The notes under the pieces were generated by a model. It was given only the letters and a program-made list of their open reading frames with translations. It was not told where the DNA came from and made no database searches. A stretch of DNA of 56,372 nucleotides from the NCBI GenBank assembly GCA_038329515.1, contig JBBQNA010000003.1, positions 1 to 56,372 on the forward strand, in the 5' to 3' direction. Shown in pieces: positions 49,010-56,372 of this stretch (positions are counted from its first letter, which is position 1; each line of letters begins with the position of its first letter). The DNA comes from Candidatus Limnocylindrales bacterium. GTDB taxonomy: Bacteria; Chloroflexota; Limnocylindria; Limnocylindrales; CSP1-4. The translations under genes were made by a program, and so were the position numbers.

Positions 49010-50701
49010 GTGAGCACGCAGACACCCGCCCCGCCGGAACGCGGCGATTTCATCCGGGAGATCGTGGCTGGCGATCTTCGCGCCGGCACGCACGAGCAGG
49101 TCGTCACGCGCTTCCCGCCCGAGCCGAACGGCTACCTGCACATCGGACATGCCAAGGCCATCTGCCTCAACTTCGGCATCGCCCAGGAGTTCGGCGGCCG
49201 CTGCCACCTCAGGTTCGACGACACCAACCCGACCCGGGAGGAACAGGAATACATCGACGCCATCCAGGACGACGTGCGCTGGCTGGGCTTCGATTGGGGC
49301 GAGCACCTGTACTACGCCTCGGACTACTTCGAGCAGCTCTATGCATGGGCCGTCCACCTCATCGGCGCCGGCCTGGCATACGTGGATGACCTGACGGCGG
49401 ACGAGATCCGCGAACATCGAGGCACGCTCACCGAGCCCGGTCGGAACAGTCCCTGGCGAGACAGGCCAGGATCCGAGAACCTCGACCTGTTCACGCGGAT
49501 GCGGAGTGGCGAGTTCCCCGACGGGGCGCGCGTCCTGCGTGCGAAGATCGACATGGCGTCGGGCAACATCAACTTCCGGGACCCGGTGCTGTACCGGATC
49601 ATGCGTGCCACGCATCCCCGTACTGGTGACGCCTGGTGCATCTACCCGACCTATGACTTTGCCCACGGGCAGTCCGATGCGATCGAGGGCATCACGCACT
49701 CGATCTGCACCCTGGAGTTCGAGGACCATCGGCCGCTGTACGACTGGCTCATCGAGCACCTGCCGGTGCCGTCCCGACCGCACCAGTACGAGTTCGCACG
49801 ACTCGAGCTCAGCTACACCGTCCTGTCCAAGCGATCCCTGCTGCGGCTGGTCAAGGACGGGCATGTCCGTGGCTGGGATGACCCCCGGATGCCCACCATC
49901 TCGGGCATGCGCCGGCGCGGGTTCCCGGCCGAGGGCATCCGTGATTTCGCTGCCCTCATCGGGGTCGGCAAGTCTGACGCCCATATCGAGGTCGGTCAGC
50001 TCGAGTACTCGGTCCGCAACGTGCTCAACAGGTCCGCGTCGCGTCGCCTCGGGGTGCTGCGTCCGCTCAAGCTTGTCATCCAGAACTACCCAGCCGACCA
50101 GGTCGAACAGCTCGAGGTCATCAACAACCCGGAGGATGCGTCTGTCGGCAGCCGCCAGGTGGCCTTCTCCCGGGAGCTGTGGATCGAGCAGGACGACTTC
50201 ATGGAGGATCCCCCGGCAAAGTTCTTCCGGCTGGCGCCCGGCCGCGAGGTGCGGCTGCGCTCTGCGTACTTCGTGACCTGTACCGAGGTCATCAAGGACG
50301 CGGAGGGCACGATCGTGGAGCTGCGATGCACATATGACCCGGCGACCCGCGGCGGTGACTCGCCCGATGGCCGCCGTCCGAAGGCGACGCTGCACTGGGT
50401 CTCGGCCGCACACGCGGTGCCCGCCGAGGTCCGCGTGTACGACCACCTGTTCACGAGTCCGGACCCGGCCGCCGATGGGGACCTGCTCGCGCACCTGAAC
50501 CTGGACTCGGAGACCGTGCTCGAGGGCTTCGTCGAAGCGTCCCTGGCCGGCCTGCCGCTGGGCGAGACGGTCCAGTTCGAGCGCCTGGGCTACTTCTGCG
50601 TCGATCCGGATTCCCGCCCTGATCACCTCGTGGTCAACCGGGCGCTGACGCTCAAGGACACGTGGGCAAAGCTGCAGGCGCAGGGCCGCCAGGACAGCTG
50701 A
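49010..50701 (+). CDS. glnS: Glutamine--tRNA ligase
   Basis: [59 protein letters not shown]. Confidence 0.97.
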   Translation: MSTQTPAPPERGDFIREIVAGDLRAGTHEQVVTRFPPEPNGYLHIGHAKAICLNFGIAQEFGGRCHLRFDDTNPTREEQEYIDAIQDDVRWLGFDWGEHLYYASDYFEQLYAWAVHLIGAGLAYVDDLTADEIREHRGTLTEPGRNSPWRDRPGSENLDLFTRMRSGEFPDGARVLRAKIDMASGNINFRDPVLYRIMRATHPRTGDAWCIYPTYDFAHGQSDAIEGITHSICTLEFEDHRPLYDWLIEHLPVPSRPHQYEFARLELSYTVLSKRSLLRLVKDGHVRGWDDPRMPTISGMRRRGFPAEGIRDFAALIGVGKSDAHIEVGQLEYSVRNVLNRSASRRLGVLRPLKLVIQNYPADQVEQLEVINNPEDASVGSRQVAFSRELWIEQDDFMEDPPAKFFRLAPGREVRLRSAYFVTCTEVIKDAEGTIVELRCTYDPATRGGDSPDGRRPKATLHWVSAAHAVPAEVRVYDHLFTSPDPAADGDLLAHLNLDSETVLEGFVEASLAGLPLGETVQFERLGYFCVDPDSRPDHLVVNRALTLKDTWAKLQAQGRQDS

Positions 50702-50777
50702 TCCGCGGGCTGTCGAGGGACACCGCCGGCCCCTCGTCGGCACGCTTCCGCGCCTCCAGCCGACGCCATTGCGAGGT

Positions 50778-51170
50778 TCAGTCTGGCGCGCCAAGGTCCA
50801 CGAGCCAGGCTCGGAGTTTCCCGGCGATGGTCGGGATGTCGCGCAGCGAACCCTCGGCGAGCGCAGTAACCAGGTCGTATGCCCCGTCGACCGGCGCTTG
50901 GAGGTCCCTGTCGTTGAGGCGGTAGAACAACCGAACAGCGACCCAGCCGAGTCGTTTGTTGCCATCGATGAGCGCATGGCCCGTCACGATGGAGTGCAGC
51001 AGCGCGGCCGCCTTCTCGTCGAGGTTCGGGTAGGCGTCCTCGCCGTATACCGAGGCCCGGGTCCTGGCGACGGCTGCTTCCAGGATGCCCACGTCTCGGA
51101 CGTCCGCCGGCCGACCCAGAGCCGTCGTGGCGGCCGCGAGCAGGTCATCCAGGTCGAGATGTTCGGTCAC
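50778..51170 (-). CDS. doc: Doc (death-on-curing) family toxin, Fic domain
   Basis: RDVGILEAAVAR, YPNLDEKAAALLHSI..HALIDGNKR (Doc-type HxFxDGNKR motif). Confidence 0.9.
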   Translation of the reverse strand: MTEHLDLDDLLAAATTALGRPADVRDVGILEAAVARTRASVYGEDAYPNLDEKAAALLHSIVTGHALIDGNKRLGWVAVRLFYRLNDRDLQAPVDGAYDLVTALAEGSLRDIPTIAGKLRAWLVDLGAPD

Positions 51171-51367
51171 ATCTCCCCGAGTCGGCGAAGGAGCTCGGCG
51201 TCCTCCCGCACGATCACGGCGAGATGGCTATCGCGGCGCTGCGACCTGCGAGTCACGTACTCCGTGATAGCGGTTCGCGCGACGTCCTGCATCGAGCGGC
51301 GTTCTCGTTGTGCGGTCTCGCGCAATGCTTCGGTCTCGGCGGCAGTGAGGCGCAGGGTCATCGGCAT
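51167..51367 (-). CDS. Ribbon-helix-helix antitoxin
   Basis: MPMTLRLT...LRETAQRERRSMQDVARTAITEY...DAELLRRL; its stop overlaps the toxin start (ATGA). Confidence 0.85.
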   Translation of the reverse strand: MPMTLRLTAAETEALRETAQRERRSMQDVARTAITEYVTRRSQRRDSHLAVIVREDAELLRRLGEM

Positions 51368-51374
51368 GGCTGGA

Positions 51375-51393
51375 TGATACCGCGGTGGTATCA
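51375..51393. promoter_or_regulatory. Inverted-repeat operator overlapping the TA -10 element
   Basis: TGATACC-N5-GGTATCA, a perfect 7-bp IR overlapping the - strand TATCAT (51379-51374), which lies 6 nt before the antitoxin ATG. Confidence 0.7.
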
Positions 51394-51475
51394 CGTGGCG
51401 CCTCAGCCTCTTGGTCGCCTGCTGGTGCTCGACAGCCCGCCCGCGACCCACCCGCCATAGCCGGGATCCGGATGG

Positions 51476-52624
51476 TCATCGGTCGGGGCCGAGGCCGAAC
51501 CAGCGGGCGCGTCGGCTCGTCGCGAACGCTGCCTTCTCGCCGGCCGTGAGCGCGGACGGCGGGGTGAACACGCCTGTGGGGTGGCCAGGCGCTGAGAAGA
51601 AGTCCACGTCCACACGTCCGACCTCATGCGCACCGAGCTCGATCCAGCAGGCGCCGGTCCCGTCGTAGCCAGGCGGCGCCTGCTCGGTGCGGATGCGGGC
51701 GATGAGCTGGTCGGCGACCACGCGCGCGGCCCGCTCGGCGAACACGCCGGCCTTGGGTGTCCCGACGCTGGTCACATCGCCCACGGCGTAGACACCCGGG
51801 AATCGGGTGGCCAGCGTCCCCCGGTCCACGGGTATCCAGCCGTCCTGCGCGAGGCCGGAGGCCTCCACGACCGCGGGCGCTCGGTGCACGGGCACCCCCA
51901 GGAACAGGTCGAACGGCAGGCGACTGCCGTCATCCAGCACCGCGTGGCGGGTGCCAGGGTCCAGTGCTGCCACCCGCCGGTCGGGCACGAACTCGATATC
52001 CCGTTCCGCGAAGCGCGACAGGATGGCGTCGGACATCTCCGGCGAGGGTGGCACGGGCACCCCGAACGGGATCACGACCTGGATACGTACGTGATCGCGG
52101 GTCCCCTGCTCCCGGAGCGTCTCGTCCAGCAGCAGCGCCGCCTCGCTGGGGGCGGGCGGACACTTGAATGGCGTGCCGCAGACGCCCACGATGGCAGTGC
52201 CCGACCAGAATTCGGGCAGCACCTGCCGAAGTGTCTCGGCACCCGCCACGGAATAGAACTCGTGGCCGACCTCCGTGAGCCCGGGGGTGGCGGCCAGGTC
52301 GTACTCGGCGCCGAGGCCAACGACGAGCACGTCGGCCCCATAGGTGCCCTGGTCGGTCGCGACGCGCCGAGCTACGGGGTCGATCGCCGTGATCGTCTCC
52401 CTGCGGAATCGCACGGACGGCAGGGACAGGTCGCGATAACTGAGTCTGACCGACTCCGGTGTTCTTCGGCCGAACATGACATCCAGCTTGGAGAAGCCAA
52501 ACACGAACGAGTCCTCGCGATCGATGAGCGTGATCTCGACCCGGTCACCCACCTCCGTCGCGAGGCGGGATGCGAGTTCCAGGCCGCCAAAGCCGGCACC
52601 GAGCACGAGGACGGAGGTAGGCAT
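51476..52624 (-). CDS. FAD-dependent oxidoreductase, sulfide:quinone oxidoreductase-like
   Basis: VLGAGFGG, FKCPPAPSE, VYAVGDV, PKAGVFA, GACWIE. Confidence 0.85.
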   Translation of the reverse strand: MPTSVLVLGAGFGGLELASRLATEVGDRVEITLIDREDSFVFGFSKLDVMFGRRTPESVRLSYRDLSLPSVRFRRETITAIDPVARRVATDQGTYGADVLVVGLGAEYDLAATPGLTEVGHEFYSVAGAETLRQVLPEFWSGTAIVGVCGTPFKCPPAPSEAALLLDETLREQGTRDHVRIQVVIPFGVPVPPSPEMSDAILSRFAERDIEFVPDRRVAALDPGTRHAVLDDGSRLPFDLFLGVPVHRAPAVVEASGLAQDGWIPVDRGTLATRFPGVYAVGDVTSVGTPKAGVFAERAARVVADQLIARIRTEQAPPGYDGTGACWIELGAHEVGRVDVDFFSAPGHPTGVFTPPSALTAGEKAAFATSRRARWFGLGPDR

Positions 52625-52737
52625 GGTTCCGATCATAGCCGCGCGGGAGTCGCGCGCTCGGCGAACCGGTCGGGCTCAAGCCCGGCTGACGACACGCCAC
52701 CGGGCACCACTCCGGCCCCTGCCGGTACCCTTGGCAC

Positions 52738-54417
52738 ATGCCCGCCGAATACATCTACACCGCGTACAAGCTCGCCCGCCACTATCCGCCGGACCGGACG
52801 GTGCTAGAAGACATCTCCATCTCGTTCTTCCCGGGCGCCAAGATCGGCGTCATCGGCTCCAATGGCGCCGGCAAGTCGAGCTTGCTGCGGATCATGGCCG
52901 GCCTCGATGACGGGTTCACGGGCGAGGCACGGCTGACGCCGGGCTACAGCGTCGGATTCCTGAGCCAGGAGCCGCAGTTGGACCCGTCCAAGGACGTCAA
53001 GGGCAACGTGCTTGATGGCGTCCGGGAGGTCCAGGACCTCATCGACCAATACAACGCGGTCATGGCCAAGTGGTCCGAGCCCGACGCGGACTACGAGGCC
53101 ATCGGCGTCCAGCAGACGGCGCTGGAGGACCGCATCAACGCGGCCGACGCCTGGAACCTGGAGCGCAATGTGGACATCGCGATGGACGCGCTGCGCTGCC
53201 CGCCGGACGATGCTGACGTCACGACCCTGTCGGGTGGCGAGAAGCGGCGCGTGGCGCTGTGCCGGTTGCTACTCCAGCATCCCGACCTGTTGCTGCTGGA
53301 CGAGCCCACCAACCACCTCGATGCCGAGTCGGTGGAGTGGCTGGAGCGCTTCCTCCAGGAGTACGCGGGCACGGTCGTGGCCATCACCCACGACCGGTAC
53401 TTCCTGGACAACGTGGCGCAGTGGATCCTGGAGCTCGACCGGGGCCGCGGCATCCCCTTCTCCGGCAACTACACCAGCTGGCTGGAGCAGAAGCTGGACC
53501 GCATGACGCGAGAATCCAAGGCCGTGGACTCGCGCCAGCGAACCCTGGCGCGCGAGCTCGAGTGGGTGCGACTGTCACCGAAAGGGCGCCAGGCGAAGGG
53601 CAAGGCCCGTCTGAGCGCGTACGAGCAGCTGCTCGCAGAGTCCCAGGGCGACAAGGACGTCAGCCGCGAGCTGGAGATCGCGATCCCGTCCGGACCACGT
53701 CTCGGCGAGCAGGTCATCGACGTCAGCGATCTGCGCAAGGGCTACGGCGACCGGCTGCTCATCGAGGATCTCACGTTCTCCCTGCCGCGCTCCGGCATCG
53801 TGGGCATCATCGGGCCCAATGGCGCCGGCAAGACCACCCTGTTCCGGATGCTCGTCGGCCAGGAGGCCGCTGACGCAGGCACGGTGGAGATCGGATCGAC
53901 GGTCCAGATGAGCTATGTCGACCAGAGTCGCGATTCGCTCCAGGCCGACCGGACCGTGTTCCAGGAGATCGCCCAGGGCACTGAGGTCATCAAGGTCGGC
54001 AACCGCGAACTGCCCGCGCGGGCCTATGTGTCCAGCTTCAACTTCCGGGGCACGGACCAGCAGAAGCTCGTTGGCGCGCTCTCGGGTGGTGAGCGGAACC
54101 GGGTGCACCTGGCCAAGTTGCTCCAGGCGGGCGGGAACGTGCTGCTCCTGGACGAGCCGACCAACGACCTGGACGTCGACACCCTGCGTGCACTGGAGGC
54201 GGGCCTCGAGTCGTTCCCGGGCTGCGTGGTGGTCATCAGCCATGACCGCTGGTTCCTGGACCGCATCGCGACCCACATCCTGGCCTTCGAGGGTGACAGC
54301 CAGGTGCGCTGGTTCACGGGCAACGTCACGGAGTACGAGGCGTTCCGGCGCAGGGAGCTGGGCATCGCTGCCGAGCAGCCGCACCGCATCAAGTACAAGC
54401 GTCTGGCGACCGCCTGA
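52738..54417 (+). CDS. ettA: Energy-dependent translational throttle protein (ABC-F)
   Basis: SFFPGAKIGVIGSNGAGKS, AMDALRCPP, LSGGEKRRVAL, ELEWVR, second ABC domain LSGGERNR, C-terminal PHRIKYK. Confidence 0.96.
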   Translation: MPAEYIYTAYKLARHYPPDRTVLEDISISFFPGAKIGVIGSNGAGKSSLLRIMAGLDDGFTGEARLTPGYSVGFLSQEPQLDPSKDVKGNVLDGVREVQDLIDQYNAVMAKWSEPDADYEAIGVQQTALEDRINAADAWNLERNVDIAMDALRCPPDDADVTTLSGGEKRRVALCRLLLQHPDLLLLDEPTNHLDAESVEWLERFLQEYAGTVVAITHDRYFLDNVAQWILELDRGRGIPFSGNYTSWLEQKLDRMTRESKAVDSRQRTLARELEWVRLSPKGRQAKGKARLSAYEQLLAESQGDKDVSRELEIAIPSGPRLGEQVIDVSDLRKGYGDRLLIEDLTFSLPRSGIVGIIGPNGAGKTTLFRMLVGQEAADAGTVEIGSTVQMSYVDQSRDSLQADRTVFQEIAQGTEVIKVGNRELPARAYVSSFNFRGTDQQKLVGALSGGERNRVHLAKLLQAGGNVLLLDEPTNDLDVDTLRALEAGLESFPGCVVVISHDRWFLDRIATHILAFEGDSQVRWFTGNVTEYEAFRRRELGIAAEQPHRIKYKRLATA

Positions 54418-54492
54418 TCGGACCCGCCCGCGCCTGATCGGACACGCTCGCGCCCGATCGAACCCGCCTGAGCGCCCGATCGGACGCGCCCA
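54411..54492 (+). repeat. Four degenerate 20-bp tandem repeats starting across the ettA stop codon
   Basis: CGCCTGATCGGACCCGCCCG / CGCCTGATCGGACACGCTCG / CGCCCGATCGAACCCGCCTG / (AG) CGCCCGATCGGACGCGCCCA. Confidence 0.85.
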
Positions 54493-54583
54493 TCGCGGTC
54501 TTTGGTGCGCGCCGTCACCGAGGTTGCGGTCCGGTGAGGTCCCGGAGGTACCCGGACGATGGTCCTATGGGTAATCTCGTGCG

Positions 54584-54973
54584 ATGCGACCTCACCTGCC
54601 ACGTCTGTCCCGTCTGCGCGGCCGCAGCGCCCCCGCTGCCGCCCCCGCCGTCTCCGGCATGGAGTGGTACGAGCATCCGGCCGCGGTCCACTTCGAGACT
54701 GCCTGGGCGCGCCGGCGGTTCATCCGCATCGACCAGATGGGTGACGCCGTCCACTTCATGGCACCCCGGATGCGCTATTGGCCCGGTCAGGCAGGTCCGG
54801 ACGCCGCCATGACCCAATCGGTGACCCGATCCGTGCTACCGGACACCGTGACCTGTGGCAGCGGCTATATCGAGGTGCTGGCCTTCGTGGAAGGTGGCAT
54901 CGTGGTCAACGAGGTGCGCACGCATGGCGACCGGGTGGTGGCCATGGGCGGCTGGACCTCGCCGGCCTACTGA
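54584..54973 (+). CDS. Hypothetical protein (129 aa)
   Basis: TAATCT lies 6 nt before ATG 54584, the leaderless pattern seen elsewhere in the window; the C-terminal two-thirds look globular. Confidence 0.55.
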   Translation: MRPHLPRLSRLRGRSAPAAAPAVSGMEWYEHPAAVHFETAWARRRFIRIDQMGDAVHFMAPRMRYWPGQAGPDAAMTQSVTRSVLPDTVTCGSGYIEVLAFVEGGIVVNEVRTHGDRVVAMGGWTSPAY

Positions 54974-55284
54974 CCCAGCGACCTGACGCCTCGCGCAACT
55001 GAACGCCTCGCCCCCGCTGGCGCCGACCAGCGCAGGTCCGTCACCGAGACCTGGTCCATGTCAGCGATCGAGTGATCTCCTGGGCAGGCCCCCGCGGGTG
55101 AGGGTCAGCCCGGCATCGGGTTGCTCTGAAGCAGCCTCTGGGACCCATGAGCCATGGCCCGTGCGAATGGGTTGATGATGGGCAGGATCCAGGTCGTTAG
55201 GTCGGCCGGAGGTGCTACGGTGGCTGTCGCCGGTCTCGACACGCGATCGGTGACCACGAGACCCACATCCAGGAGGTGGCTTCG

Positions 55285-56358
55285 ATGCGATCCGGGAGAC
55301 GGTCCCCGATGCGCCTGCTCGCGGTGCTGGGTGTCACGCTGTCCCTCGCGTTGGGTTCGGCAGCGCAGGGCCAGAGCCCGTCACCCCGCGCCACCGCGAC
55401 GACTGCAAGCCCGGTGCCGCAGTTGTTCTGCGCGCTGCTCACGATCGATGAGGTCGGAGCGGCGCTGGGCAGCGCGGTCACCATCACCGATGGAACCGAT
55501 GTCGGTTGTGCGTGGCAGGACGACGCCGCAGACGGCGAAGTCGCCTCGTTGTACGCGAGTGTCGAGGCGGGCACCGTCCTCAGCGACGTCCGGGCCAGCT
55601 ACCCGGGTGGCACGGACCTCATGATCGGCGACAGTGCCGCGTACTCCCTGATCGGCTCGTTGTGGGTGGAGATCAGCGGCCGGATCGTGCACCTCCGTCT
55701 GGGATCGGCTGAGATCGCAGACCCACAGGCCGCCCTCAGCGCTCTCGCAGCGATCGCCGTGTCCCGCTTCGACTCGCGGTCGATCCCCGATCTGACGGCG
55801 CCGTCCCCGGAGCCGCAGCCGTCCGTGGTCGCTGAGGTGCCGGTGAAGGACCTCTTCCCGGCGGATCTTCGCGGGCCCTTCGATGAACCCCTCGACGTGG
55901 CCACGACCACCGGGGCCGACGCCCTCGAAGAGTTCTTCGGCGGTGACCCGAAGACACGGGCGAGCTTGGAGCAGCTGGTCGCAGCCCTGGTCCCCATGGG
56001 CAAGACCCTCGACGATGTGAGCGTCGGGAACGCCACCCTGAGCGACGTGTTCACGGGCCTGCTCGCGCTGCGGGTCCGCGGTGCGGATGCCGGCACGCTC
56101 CTGCCGCAGGTGACCCCCCTGATCGTGGCGAAGTTCCTGAGCAACCCCGGCGGGTTGGTCCAGTTCGGCAAGCCTCGACAGGCAGCCGCGCGGGTCGGGG
56201 GGAAGGACGTCACCCTCCTGACCCCAGCCAGGAAGTCACCCGATGCCGGCCAGGCGTATGCCTACATCTATACCCACGACGATGTGGTGTGGGTCATCTT
56301 CGGGCTCGGGAGCGCCAAGGGCGCCGTGCCGAAGGACGCGATCCAAAAGCTCCCCTGA
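55285..56358 (+). CDS. Hypothetical exported protein (N-terminal CALLT..EV..ALG...C module plus a second domain)
   Basis: AGGAGGT SD; signal peptide ending AQG-Q; Pro/Thr linkers; a Cys pair reminiscent of DUF3558-like domains. Confidence 0.75.
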   Translation: MRSGRRSPMRLLAVLGVTLSLALGSAAQGQSPSPRATATTASPVPQLFCALLTIDEVGAALGSAVTITDGTDVGCAWQDDAADGEVASLYASVEAGTVLSDVRASYPGGTDLMIGDSAAYSLIGSLWVEISGRIVHLRLGSAEIADPQAALSALAAIAVSRFDSRSIPDLTAPSPEPQPSVVAEVPVKDLFPADLRGPFDEPLDVATTTGADALEEFFGGDPKTRASLEQLVAALVPMGKTLDDVSVGNATLSDVFTGLLALRVRGADAGTLLPQVTPLIVAKFLSNPGGLVQFGKPRQAAARVGGKDVTLLTPARKSPDAGQAYAYIYTHDDVVWVIFGLGSAKGAVPKDAIQKLP

Positions 56359-56372
56359 CGCCGCGCGCCGGG

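Noticed and set aside
48917-50977. 878-aa ORF suggesting a large phosphatase fusion
   Set aside because: It is antisense to glnS; only 48341-48916 carries the RHG phosphatase motifs.
54411-54492. Possible mini CRISPR array
   Set aside because: The repeats are contiguous and degenerate with no unique spacers, and there are no cas genes.

Overview
A high-GC chromosomal window made mostly of core genes. Gene content and style suggest Chloroflexota, possibly Limnocylindria-like; this is inference only. In order it holds: yebC (truncated by the window edge); an EF-G paralogue; a histidine biosynthesis cluster with hisA divergent from a TrpR-family regulator plus hisGDCBHF-IE; tyrS; a class A PBP; a long minus-strand block (tRNA-Val, T-box, thrS, hypothetical, infC-rpmI-rplT-pheST-cvpA-mpg-mutS2); a SpoIVB-type peptidase; a galK / sugar ABC / DeoR-galT-glpK locus; an OppA-peptidase-MFS-asparaginase-amidohydrolase operon; a ferredoxin with a frameshifted ferredoxin reductase; glnS; a Doc-type toxin-antitoxin pair; an SQR-like oxidoreductase; ettA; and several hypotheticals. 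I found no transposase, integrase, rRNA or CRISPR array. The most unusual signals are non-coding: (i) the hisA/regulator intergenic region, with a ~188-nt multi-stem structured RNA candidate, four tandem 8-bp TrpR-style boxes over back-to-back -10 elements, and a His-containing leaderless uORF built on tandem hairpins; (ii) an orphan hairpin RNA candidate with a CCUCC (anti-SD-like) loop between hisIE and tyrS; (iii) a Thr T-box with a translational (SD-sequestering) platform directly behind tRNA-Val. All family assignments come from recognising motifs by eye; no searches were run.
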